Notes under the pieces: generated by a model
Databases searched by the model: none
Told to the model about the DNA's origin: nothing
The model's input: the letters and a program-made list of their open reading frames with translations, nothing else
Shown here: one piece after another, positions 17,144-25,023 of the stretch
How the letters are laid out: every line of letters begins with the position of its first letter
How positions within the stretch are numbered: the stretch's first letter is position 1
From: Nostoc punctiforme PCC 73102
Lineage (GTDB): Bacteria > Cyanobacteriota > Cyanobacteriia > Cyanobacteriales > Nostocaceae
Direction of reading: 5' to 3'
DNA: 32,000 nucleotides
NCBI RefSeq assembly: GCF_000020025.1
Contig: NC_010628.1
Coordinates: 4,830,001-4,862,000 of the forward strand
Position numbers and translations under genes: made by a program

Positions 17144-18748
17144 TTAAATCTTAGCGGTAGAATCAACTGAGGGTTGAGACTGACTAACCGAATCTAACTT
17201 TGGTAAAAGCAGTAGATTTTGTGCTTCTACATGACTGTTGATTGTTGCTTGCAAAAATGGCGTATTGGAGATGGAATTGTTAGCCAATGTAAACAGTGGA
17301 TTTGACAAAATCCCTGCTAGGGAAGTGGCAATTAATGTTATCACCAGCCCGACTTGCAAAGGCCTTAGTCCAGGTAAATCCCAACGCACTTGTGGATAAT
17401 TCTTCACCGCGTCGGACATTTCATGGGGTTCTTTGACTACCATCATCTTAACTACGCGAATGTAGTAGTAGATGGAGACGACGGTGGTAACTAAGCCCAG
17501 TAAGACTAACCAATAAAGTCCTGCTTGCCAACCAGCCCAGAATAAGTAAATCTTGCCGAAAAACCCAGCCAATGGTGGAATACCACCCAAGGAAAGCAGA
17601 GCAATACTCAACCCCAATGTTAGGAGTGGGTCTTTTTGATATAACCCAGAGTATTCGGCAATCTGGTCGGTTCCTGTCCGCAGTGAGAACAGGATGATGC
17701 AGGTAAAACCGCACAGGTTCATGAACAAGTAAACCAGTAGGTAAAATATCATACTGGCATACCCTGCTTGTGTCCCAGCAATCAAGCCAATCATCACAAA
17801 CCCGGCTTGGGCAATGGATGAATAAGCTAGCATTCGTTTCATGCTGGTTTGGGCTAGGGCGACTACGTTACCCAAAATCATGCTGAGAACGGCTAGAGCA
17901 GTGAAGACAAATCTCCACTCGTCTGCAACAAGAGGGAAGGCTGTTGTCAGCAAGCGGATGGCTAGGGCAAACCCAGCTGCTTTGGAACCAACAGATAAAA
18001 AGGCGATGACTGGGGTGGGAGCGCCTTCATAAACGTCTGGTGTCCACTGGTGGAAAGGTGCAGCGGAGATTTTAAAGCCAATACCTGCGATCGCAAAAAC
18101 TAGAGCAATCACTAAACCTAAAGATTGTCCCACTTTCGCTGTGGCAATGCCATTTGCGATCGCACTTAATTCAGTTTGTCCTCCAGATAATCCATACAGC
18201 AGTGATACACCGTACAAAAATACTGCTGTACTGGAAGCTCCAATTAACAAGTATTTCAGCGCCGCTTCATTGGAGCGGGGGTCACGCTTGGTATAACCTG
18301 TCAGCAAGTAAGAGGAAATACTCAGGGTTTCTAGGGAGATGAAAATCATCACCAACTCACTAGCCCCGGATAAAAACATCCCTCCTAAAGTCGCACTCAG
18401 CAAAATAGCGATGAATTCGGCTAAAGGAGTGCCGCTTTGATCGACGTAGCGAATTGACATCAGTATAGTCACAGCCGCAGACAAGGCAATGATGCCGCGA
18501 AAGACGATACTCAGGTCATCACCATTAAAGCCACCGGTAAAAGAGATGGGATTAGGATTGTCCCATTGAAAATATAGGGCGACAATGGAAGTAAATAAAC
18601 CTGCGATCGCTAGATATCCAATCCAGCGTGCGGATGTACGCCCCAAAATCAAATCAACAATCAAAACCCCCAAGAGGGTGAGAATAACAATCCCCTCTGG
18701 TAAAATCGTTCCAGCATTTAACTGGGATGCAATATTAGCAAAATCCAT
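17144..18748 (-). CDS. ndhB: NAD(P)H-quinone oxidoreductase (NDH-1) subunit 2
   Basis: A 534-aa polytopic membrane protein. The N-terminus [33 protein letters not shown]... and the rest of the sequence are characteristic of cyanobacterial/chloroplast NdhB. Confidence 0.93.
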   Translation of the reverse strand: MDFANIASQLNAGTILPEGIVILTLLGVLIVDLILGRTSARWIGYLAIAGLFTSIVALYFQWDNPNPISFTGGFNGDDLSIVFRGIIALSAAVTILMSIRYVDQSGTPLAEFIAILLSATLGGMFLSGASELVMIFISLETLSISSYLLTGYTKRDPRSNEAALKYLLIGASSTAVFLYGVSLLYGLSGGQTELSAIANGIATAKVGQSLGLVIALVFAIAGIGFKISAAPFHQWTPDVYEGAPTPVIAFLSVGSKAAGFALAIRLLTTAFPLVADEWRFVFTALAVLSMILGNVVALAQTSMKRMLAYSSIAQAGFVMIGLIAGTQAGYASMIFYLLVYLFMNLCGFTCIILFSLRTGTDQIAEYSGLYQKDPLLTLGLSIALLSLGGIPPLAGFFGKIYLFWAGWQAGLYWLVLLGLVTTVVSIYYYIRVVKMMVVKEPHEMSDAVKNYPQVRWDLPGLRPLQVGLVITLIATSLAGILSNPLFTLANNSISNTPFLQATINSHVEAQNLLLLPKLDSVSQSQPSVDSTAKI

Positions 18749-19043
18749 GAGATGTATAGGTTTTGGCGATTAGACATTAAGGCTAACTCTGTTCACTCTA
18801 GCAAGTTTTCTAATCCCCGGACTAGCTCTTTGAACAAGAGCTTAACAGCTTGGGTGCAAATTGCGATCGCCTACGGCATACTGTTCGCGTTCGCACCAAC
18901 TTCACTAGCTTACCAGCAGGTTTCTCAGTAGTTAGGGATTCACCTAAATACTTTCCTACTTGGTTTTTAAGGTATGACCTTAATTAAATAATGATGCCGC
19001 AGCTGCGATCGCTATGTACAAAAAGCTAATTAATAATTAATAA

Positions 19044-19064
19044 GGGCACAGGATTGCTGTGCCC
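19044..19064 (-). terminator. Hairpin downstream of the 90-aa gene (terminator candidate)
   Basis: gggcacag / ctgtgccc form an 8-bp stem with a 5-nt loop. On the minus strand it is followed by an A/T-rich run (ttattaattatt), not a clean U-tract. Confidence 0.4.
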
Positions 19065-19091
19065 CTACAAGATTCATAACTTTTAACTTTA

Positions 19092-19364
19092 TTAAAAACC
19101 CACTGATGGCAGCTTGCCTTGTAGCGATTGGAATCTAGACTGAACACAGTTTGCACAATTGCAACCAACTCGATCAATAATCGGATTGGATGCTTGAATC
19201 AAGTTTACTGTCACTAGATCGGAAATTTGTTGTGTAGATGCTACAGTAACAACTTGTGTAGCATATAGAGATTTGAGGCTGGATGCGTGTACTGGATTAA
19301 CTATCAGTAGCATGGATACCAGAAATGCGGGACAAGCAAGTAAAATCAGTTTCACTATGTTCAT
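19092..19364 (-). CDS. Small secreted hypothetical protein with a CxCxxC motif
   Basis: 90 aa. N-terminal signal-peptide-like MNIVKLILLACPAFLVSMLLIVNPVHA/SS. The mature part contains GCNCANC. I do not recognise a family. Confidence 0.5.
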   Translation of the reverse strand: MNIVKLILLACPAFLVSMLLIVNPVHASSLKSLYATQVVTVASTQQISDLVTVNLIQASNPIIDRVGCNCANCVQSRFQSLQGKLPSVGF

Positions 19365-19442
19365 AATTTACACAAAAATACCTTTGGTGATACAGCATAA
19401 CCAATAAATTGACGAGGTTCAACTTTAATTACTGAGTATTAT

Positions 19443-20501
19443 TTAACTACGCCCAAATCCTTGACCTCGTAAAACCTTTGACCAAATAACCAATTCGCCT
19501 TGCTCACCACCTGCGGCCAGTAACTTGCCTTGGGGATGCCATGCTAAGGTCGAAAAACCTCCTGAGACACCTGTGATAATTTGAGATACTTCCTTGGCTT
19601 GGTTCCACAAACACAACCAGCCATCAGCAGCAGCAGAAGCGAGAAGGAAACTTTTTGGTGCAAAGGCGATCGCATTGATCGTACCTACATGATTTGTTAA
19701 TACTCGTGCTTCCCAACCTAAAGTATCATCCTCTAGTTTCTCCCACACCACAATACCTTCAACGCTGGAAGATGCCAGGATTGGCGCACCTACTTTAGTC
19801 ATAGCTTCTGACCATGCCAATTGGCGAATTTTTCCAGGGAAACCACGCATTACCCAAGGGTCGGGATTGTTCCATTCCAAAACAGTGACACTACGATCCA
19901 TGTTGCCAGAAGCCAGGAATTTACCATCGGGCGACCAAGCCATAGCTAAACTGACAGTAGTCATATCTAGGCTGTATGGTTCTTCATCCCAGTTTTGACT
20001 ATGCCAAATCTTTACTCCCTTATAACCACTAATGGCTAAGTATTGTCCGTCAATGCGCCAATCTATACCCAATACTGAAGAGTTGTCGAAATTCAGCGTC
20101 ACGACAATTTCATGAGTATCTACATCCCAGACTTGGACGTAACGCCCCAAACTAAAAGCCAGTTGGTTACTGGTGTAATTCCAAGCTAGCTTGTCAACCC
20201 ATGCGGGGGCATTTTCCAAGGTGGCGATTAATTCAGTATTCTGCCAAATTTTTACTTGTCCATCCTGTCCGCCAACAGCTAAAAATTTTCCATCTGGGGA
20301 AAATGCCAGACAGTCTACTGATTTACCGTTACCAGTTTGTAAAGTTGTGAGTTCGCCATCATTCCACAAAACTACTTCACCAGCGGCGGAAGTTGCTGCT
20401 AAAGTTTTACCTTGTGGCGACCAAGCGATCGCAGTTACATAATCTGAAAGTGTCCCCGAATAGTGTTGTTCAAATTCCTTAGATTTGGTTGTGGAGTTCA
20501 T
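19443..20501 (-). CDS. WD40-repeat beta-propeller protein (stand-alone)
   Basis: 352 aa with roughly seven to eight repeats ending in W-x motifs (VVLWND, VKIWQN, VQVWDV, VKIWHS, IVVWEK, LCLWNQ, LVIWSK), plus recurring SPDGKFLA and GG.DG segments. Confidence 0.88.
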   Translation of the reverse strand: MNSTTKSKEFEQHYSGTLSDYVTAIAWSPQGKTLAATSAAGEVVLWNDGELTTLQTGNGKSVDCLAFSPDGKFLAVGGQDGQVKIWQNTELIATLENAPAWVDKLAWNYTSNQLAFSLGRYVQVWDVDTHEIVVTLNFDNSSVLGIDWRIDGQYLAISGYKGVKIWHSQNWDEEPYSLDMTTVSLAMAWSPDGKFLASGNMDRSVTVLEWNNPDPWVMRGFPGKIRQLAWSEAMTKVGAPILASSSVEGIVVWEKLEDDTLGWEARVLTNHVGTINAIAFAPKSFLLASAAADGWLCLWNQAKEVSQIITGVSGGFSTLAWHPQGKLLAAGGEQGELVIWSKVLRGQGFGRS

Positions 20502-20516
20502 ATTTGCAAGGTGGAG

Positions 20517-20551
20517 TGGGGAATGGGGAATGGGGAATGGGGAATGGTAAA
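20517..20551 (+). repeat. Heptamer tandem repeat (TGGGGAA)x4 plus one degenerate unit; STRR-like
   Basis: tggggaatggggaatggggaatggggaatggtaaa, located in the 73-nt spacer between the COG0523 stop and the WD40 start. It is flanked by the complementary pair ggagtgg / ccactcc. Confidence 0.9.
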
Positions 20552-20574
20552 TTCCCTACTTTCCACTCCCTAAC

Positions 20575-21546
20575 TTATGCTAGACAAGCGAGAAAATCTT
20601 GCTTGAGTTGGGCTGCATCAAGGTTGCGGCCGATGAAGACTAGTTCGTTTTTGGGGGTTTCGCTAGGTTTCCAGGGGCGATCGGGTTTGCCATCAAATAT
20701 CATGTGTACCCCTTGGAATACAAATCGATTATCTTCTCCAGCAATATTTAAAATGCCTTTCATCCGAAAGATGTCTGGGCCTTGGGTACGCAGTAATTTC
20801 GAAAGCCAAGTGTTTAATTTTTCTCCATCGACTGCGCCTGCTTCTACTAAAGCCACAGAATAAACAGTTTCATCGTGTACGTGGGCATCTTCACCTAAGA
20901 AATCTGGATCGATTTCTAATGCACGATCTAAATCAAAGGCTTTTACACCTAATAAAGCATCCATTCCTAGTTCAGAATTTTGGGTGCGGTAGATTTTTGC
21001 GATCGCATTCATCGCCCGAATCCGTTTTTCTAATTCATCTAACTCTTCTGGCGCTACCAAATCTGTTTTATTAAGTAAAATTACATCGGCAAAGGCAATC
21101 TGTTCTTGGGCTTCGTCTGCATCCCAATGCTGCCAAATATGCTTGGCATCTACCACTGTCACTACCGCATCTAGAGATATTTGACTTTGCAAATCTTCAT
21201 CTACAAAAAATGTCTGAATCACTGGAGCTGGATCGGCTAATCCAGTTGTTTCAATTACTAAATGGTCAAATTTATCGCGCCGCTTCATCAAATTACCAAT
21301 GATGCGAATTAAATCGCCGCGTACTGTACAACAGATACAGCCATTATTCATTTCAAATATTTCTTCATCTGCATCGATAATCAATTGATTATCAATACCC
21401 ACTTCCCCAAATTCATTGACAATCACAGCAACTTTTTTGCCGTGTTCGTAGGTGAGGATGTGATTGAGTAGAGTCGTTTTACCTGCTCCCAAATAGCCTG
21501 TAAGAACAGTAACGGGAACTGAATTGTTGATTACGTCAGCCACCAT
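20575..21546 (-). CDS. COG0523-family (CobW/YjiA/ZigA-like) metallochaperone GTPase
   Basis: 323 aa. P-loop GYLGAGKTT, the metal-binding signature GCICCTV (CxCC), the NKTD GTPase motif, and a CobW-type C-terminal domain. Confidence 0.9.
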   Translation of the reverse strand: MVADVINNSVPVTVLTGYLGAGKTTLLNHILTYEHGKKVAVIVNEFGEVGIDNQLIIDADEEIFEMNNGCICCTVRGDLIRIIGNLMKRRDKFDHLVIETTGLADPAPVIQTFFVDEDLQSQISLDAVVTVVDAKHIWQHWDADEAQEQIAFADVILLNKTDLVAPEELDELEKRIRAMNAIAKIYRTQNSELGMDALLGVKAFDLDRALEIDPDFLGEDAHVHDETVYSVALVEAGAVDGEKLNTWLSKLLRTQGPDIFRMKGILNIAGEDNRFVFQGVHMIFDGKPDRPWKPSETPKNELVFIGRNLDAAQLKQDFLACLA

Positions 21547-21575
21547 ACTCTAAATTCCTCTTGTCTCACCTTATG

Positions 21576-21588
21576 GATAATCATTATC
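21576..21588. promoter_or_regulatory. Zur/Fur-family operator-like perfect palindrome GATAAT-C-ATTATC
   Basis: ggATAATCATTATcg context, 30-42 nt upstream of the COG0523 start codon (21546). It matches the core of the 7-1-7 TGATAATNATTATCA box used by Fur-family zinc regulators. Confidence 0.6.
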
Positions 21589-21684
21589 GCCCATAATAAA
21601 TCTTTTTCTATTTTTGTGCGAACTTACTGTTATTTTGGGTTTCAGTAAAATAATCAAATAATTTAATCACAGAACATTTTATTT

Positions 21685-21810
21685 TTATGCATCTGTAATA
21701 AGTAATAAATATTCATAAGTTGGGGTAGCTGGTAGGAATATGGCATACAAGCCGACCCACAGTGCGGCCAATACGGTTAGATTAAAGTTAGCACTCTTTG
21801 TCAAAGTCAT
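21685..21810 (-). CDS. Possible 41-aa single-TM micro-protein (below the ORF-track threshold)
   Basis: Manual translation gives ATG(21810)-MTLTKSANFNLTVLAALWVGLYAIFLPATPTYEYLLLITDA-TAA(21685), with a hydrophobic stretch LTVLAALWVGLYAIFL. I see no recognisable family and no clear RBS. Confidence 0.2.
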   Translation of the reverse strand: MTLTKSANFNLTVLAALWVGLYAIFLPATPTYEYLLLITDA

Positions 21811-21817
21811 TTTTTTA

Positions 21818-22022
21818 ACGTAGACGCGGAGCGGTGAGCCAGTCCGGTGGACGGGTTCCCCGGCATAAAGGAACTGGCGTTAGCGTAGCGGTAGCGAGGT
21901 ACGAGCGTCTACCCGTAGGGCTTGCCGCAGGCTACCACAGAGGCGCAGAGAGCGCAGAGAGAAAAAGTGCGAGAACTGCATTTGCTTCTCTCTCTGTGTC
22001 CTCTGCGCCTCTGCGGTTTAAA
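21818..22022. repeat. Cluster of GC-rich imperfect inverted repeats (MITE-like/dispersed Nostocales-type repeats)
   Basis: cagaggcgcagagagcgcagagagaa ... ttctctctctgtgtcctctgcgcctctg form a long imperfect hairpin. gtagacgc ... gcgtctac are further arms. The GC content is visibly higher than in the flanking AT-rich spacer. Confidence 0.7.
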
Positions 22023-22105
22023 AGAATTTATTAACCAATATTTTACCCTTCTTGAAAGGGCTAGTTCTATAATCCTAGTCTCGCACCAAGGTGCAATATA
22101 AAGAT

Positions 22106-23017
22106 TTAATTTTCTGAAGAGAACAAAAAATCTTGAACTACTTCTAAAACAACGGCTGGATATTCTTCATGCAATCCCAAAGAACCGGGAATAACAACAC
22201 TTCTCACTCCTGGTAATGCTACCAAAGCGTTCATTTCTTCTCGTGATTTGGGGGGGCTGGATTCCCCAATTACTACCATGAGCGGTACAGTTAAAGATTG
22301 CACAAGTTCCAGAAAATCAGATTGTTCGCGTACAGCATCGAGATTACCAGTTACAAAAGCAGCAGATGCAAATCGCGCTCCTGGTTGTTGAGTTGTCTGC
22401 CACTTCTTCTCAATGAAACTGGGTGTAATTTTAGCCGCGTCAGTAAAGACATGGCGACGGTACATCAAACTTAAGAAAGATTGGGTAGTGTTGAGTTTGT
22501 AGAGAGCTTGACCAAGTATAGGCGATCGCACTAATTCTCTCACAAAGCCAGCTATCTGTTGACTTGCCCCCATTGTTGGCAAAGGCCCGCGCCAAGTAGG
22601 AGCCAACAATACAATTTTTGAGAAAGCAGCCTGCTTGAGAGCTAATTGTAAAACGTAACTAGCAGCATGACCAGCCGCCACCACAGTAATGGGGGTATTA
22701 AAAACAGCTTTGACAAAATCTTCCAGAAAGTGCTGATATATTTCCGGTCGGTAATCCAAGCTAGGGCGAGAAGATTCACCAAATCCAGGCCAATCTATGG
22801 CTACAACTTGAAAATTGGGAGCTAGTAATTTGGCAAGTTCACCTACTTCCAAGCGAGTCGAAACACTGCTGAAAGATGGTAGTAGCAATAGCGGTGAACC
22901 TTCACCAAGGGTTTCATAAACAACGCGCAATTGCTGATTTTCCCAATTCCAGAGATATTCTTGAACTACTCCACCAAAGCCAATAGCAGCAAAGGTGGAT
23001 AATACATTGGTTGACAT
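22106..23017 (-). CDS. Alpha/beta-hydrolase-fold protein, apparently lacking the nucleophilic serine
   Basis: 303 aa. It has the typical layout (LLLLPSF..., AIDWPGFGES, C-terminal GLHEEYP His motif), but the nucleophile elbow reads AAGHAASY where G-x-S-x-G is expected. Confidence 0.75.
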   Translation of the reverse strand: MSTNVLSTFAAIGFGGVVQEYLWNWENQQLRVVYETLGEGSPLLLLPSFSSVSTRLEVGELAKLLAPNFQVVAIDWPGFGESSRPSLDYRPEIYQHFLEDFVKAVFNTPITVVAAGHAASYVLQLALKQAAFSKIVLLAPTWRGPLPTMGASQQIAGFVRELVRSPILGQALYKLNTTQSFLSLMYRRHVFTDAAKITPSFIEKKWQTTQQPGARFASAAFVTGNLDAVREQSDFLELVQSLTVPLMVVIGESSPPKSREEMNALVALPGVRSVVIPGSLGLHEEYPAVVLEVVQDFLFSSEN

Positions 23018-23048
23018 GACACTAAATTTTGGTAGTTGTACCTTATTT

Positions 23049-23132
23049 ATTTGTCATTTGTCCTTTGTCCTTTGTCCTTTGCAAATGACCAATGACCAAT
23101 GACCAATGACTAATGACCAATGAGCAATAACC
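23049..23132. repeat. Composite STRR-type heptamer array: (TTTGTCC)n followed by (AATGACC)n
   Basis: atttgtcatttgtcctttgtcctttgtcctttgc followed by aaatgaccaatgaccaatgaccaatgactaatgaccaatgagcaataacc. The TGACCAA unit is the complement of the classical STRR heptamer TTGGTCA. Confidence 0.9.
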
Positions 23133-23136
23133 AAGT

Positions 23137-23577
23137 TTAGCTAGGCAAATCTAACTTACATTCCAACGCTTTTTTTTGCATGGTTTTAAAAATGTTGTAA
23201 AATCCATTAGCGCGGGAAGGTGTCAGACTAACGTTTAAGCCTGTTTCTTGAATAAAATCTGGGGTAAGTTGGACAATTTCAGTTGGCGTTAGTCCCTGCA
23301 ATCCTTCAACTAGAAGCCCTACTAAACCTTTGGTTAACTGGGAATCAGACTCGCCCTGAAACACAACCTTACCGTCATTCAAAGTTGCTGTGATATAAAC
23401 TTGAGACACGCAACCAGGAACTTTATTTTCGGGTAATTTATCAGCTTCTGGGAACTCATTGAGCTTCTGAGCATACCAGATTAGCTGTTCGTAGCGCCGC
23501 TTCGGTTCAGAAGCGCGTTGAAAGCGCTGGACAATTTTAGCAAGCGCAGGTGGCAAAGAATCTAGAGTTGAGGACAT
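23137..23577 (-). CDS. sufE: Cysteine desulfuration (sulfur-acceptor) protein SufE
   Basis: 146 aa. It contains the conserved PGCVSQVY segment carrying the acceptor Cys and has an N-terminus typical of the SufE family. Confidence 0.85.
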   Translation of the reverse strand: MSSTLDSLPPALAKIVQRFQRASEPKRRYEQLIWYAQKLNEFPEADKLPENKVPGCVSQVYITATLNDGKVVFQGESDSQLTKGLVGLLVEGLQGLTPTEIVQLTPDFIQETGLNVSLTPSRANGFYNIFKTMQKKALECKLDLPS

Positions 23578-23628
23578 AACAGAAGCTGCAAATGATCGGT
23601 CTTACCTTGAGTGTAAATTATCTGGAGA

Positions 23629-23747
23629 GCGATGCCTACGGTGGGCTGCACCTACACGCCTCTGGTTCTCTTGCTGGTATGAAGCTAGCTTATAACTTGT
23701 CAAATTCAGATAATTCCTGCGTAGGCGCTGCCCGCCGTAGGCATCGC
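23629..23747. repeat. GC-rich inverted repeat pair (gcgatgcctacggtgggc / gcccgccgtaggcatcgc) separated by ~83 nt
   Basis: The arms at 23629..23646 and 23730..23747 are reverse complements with one mismatch. The sequence style is related to 21818..22022 and 31041..31140. Confidence 0.7.
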
Positions 23748-23907
23748 ACTTATCTTCAGTTACCTTTTTAATGCATCTAATCGCAAAAACTTAATTTTTT
23801 TATAAGCAGCCTTTAACAGCAACTCTGTACAAGTTACGTTGTATCGATATGCATTTACAAAAATAGCTGCAAGTAGCTTGTAACTAAGCAGCCAGATGAT
23901 AATCAAC

Positions 23908-23954
23908 AATTAAAAATTAAAAATCAAAAAAATTCTGACTTTTAATTTTTAATT
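23908..23954 (-). terminator. A/T-only long hairpin immediately downstream of the RRM-protein gene
   Basis: aattaaaaattaaaaatc (23908..23925) pairs with gacttttaatttttaatt (23937..23954) with one mismatch. It starts 16 nt after the stop codon. Confidence 0.45.
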
Positions 23955-23969
23955 TCTCTCCCTTAGGGA

Positions 23970-24479
23970 TTAGTTCGTAGTTTGTGCAGCTAGCATCTGC
24001 TTCAGCTTTTCTAATTCCGAAGCCCAACGAGGATCTGGACGAATAGCGTCTGAATCGGTAGTTGTTGTGGTGCTGTTGTCGCGAGAACCGCCGCCACTGC
24101 CGCCACGACGAGGCTTTTTAGAGCTTTTCTCCCGACGGCTACCTTCTCTATTAACGCTAGGAGTGGGCGTACTACTACCAGCCAGAGTAACTGGTTTAGG
24201 AGCTTGTTCGTCGCCCTCTTCACCCTTTGTCCGAGGTAATGCCTTTTCTAGCTTAATGGCAGTGTCTTTAAACATCTGACCATTATACTTTTCAATGATT
24301 TCGTCAGCTTGTTCGTCATTGTTGACGGTAAGAAAACCGAAACCACGGCATTTGCCAGTTTTGCGGTCTTTAATTAATTTAGTAGTTACAGCTTCACCTT
24401 CTGCTGCAAAAACTGCTTGCAAATCTTGACGATCAATTTCTTCTTTAGGCAAATTACCTATATATAGGCGAACGGACAT
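23970..24479 (-). CDS. RRM-type RNA-binding protein with a long disordered Ser/Gly/Arg/Thr-rich C-terminal extension
   Basis: 169 aa. RNP2 LYIGNL and RNP1 RGFGFLTV are present. The C-terminus ...PDPRWASELEKLKQMLAA resembles the non-glycine-rich (type II) cyanobacterial Rbp class, from memory. Confidence 0.85.
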   Translation of the reverse strand: MSVRLYIGNLPKEEIDRQDLQAVFAAEGEAVTTKLIKDRKTGKCRGFGFLTVNNDEQADEIIEKYNGQMFKDTAIKLEKALPRTKGEEGDEQAPKPVTLAGSSTPTPSVNREGSRREKSSKKPRRGGSGGGSRDNSTTTTTDSDAIRPDPRWASELEKLKQMLAAQTTN

Positions 24480-24886
24480 GAACTATACCTCCAAAGTTAA
24501 ATGAACATGGCAAGGCGAGAAAACAATCACTTGGCTTTGGCTTTTAATTTAAATAGATGCTATTGACCAAGACTGCCATCAACCAATTTTTTGCTCGAAA
24601 CTGTCAACCTATACAATACAGTTTTTCGTCGGGATCAAGCTTGTTTAATCCAAAGGCCCACACAATGGTGAGCTAATAACACCTTAATTCTAAGAATTGT
24701 AAATTTAATAGCCTATTGCCTGCTAAAGTACACGCTTTCTTCCATGCCTTTTTCGCAGAATCAAATACCATTCCTTACATTACCACGGTATTTTCTACGT
24801 AGCTAGTTTAGCGCATACATTTCTAACGTTAGTATTACTGTATCGTAACATAAAACACATTTTTTTATTCAAGGGAGCATAATTTG

Positions 24887-25017
24887 AAACAAAAACCAGC
24901 CGATGGCTGGTTGATTTCCTGCTGTGTTGGGAGGATAAAAAGGTATGGAGGGGGGAAAAGCATCCGAATTCATGACTAAGCTGTAGTGCTGAGTTATGTT
25001 GGCTGCTATTGTTTGTG
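24887..25017 (-). ncRNA. Candidate ~130-nt small RNA defined by a promoter-like element and a strong intrinsic terminator
   Basis: The minus strand reads TTGCAG-N17-TACATT (25052..25024), then ~130 nt, then the hairpin aaccagcc-atc-ggctggtt followed by tttgtttc (24912..24887). The body contains two CCTCC motifs (ttcccccctccat, atcctcccaac). Confidence 0.3.
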
Positions 25018-25023
25018 TAAATA

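Noticed and set aside
17448-18773. Several 62-88-aa ORFs on both strands within ndhB
   Set aside because: They are alternative-frame or antisense ORFs inside a highly conserved membrane-protein gene.
20191-20863. Plus-strand ORFs 20191..20442 and 20489..20863
   Set aside because: They are antisense to the WD40 and COG0523 genes. The second also reads through the GGGGAAT repeat.
21834-22034. 66-aa plus-strand ORF (Arg/Ala/Gly-rich)
   Set aside because: It lies entirely within the GC-rich inverted-repeat cluster, so the reading frame is a by-product of the repeats.
24011-24279. Two 70-aa ORFs overlapping the RRM gene tail
   Set aside because: They are alternate-frame and antisense reads of the low-complexity Ser/Gly/Arg/Thr-coding region.
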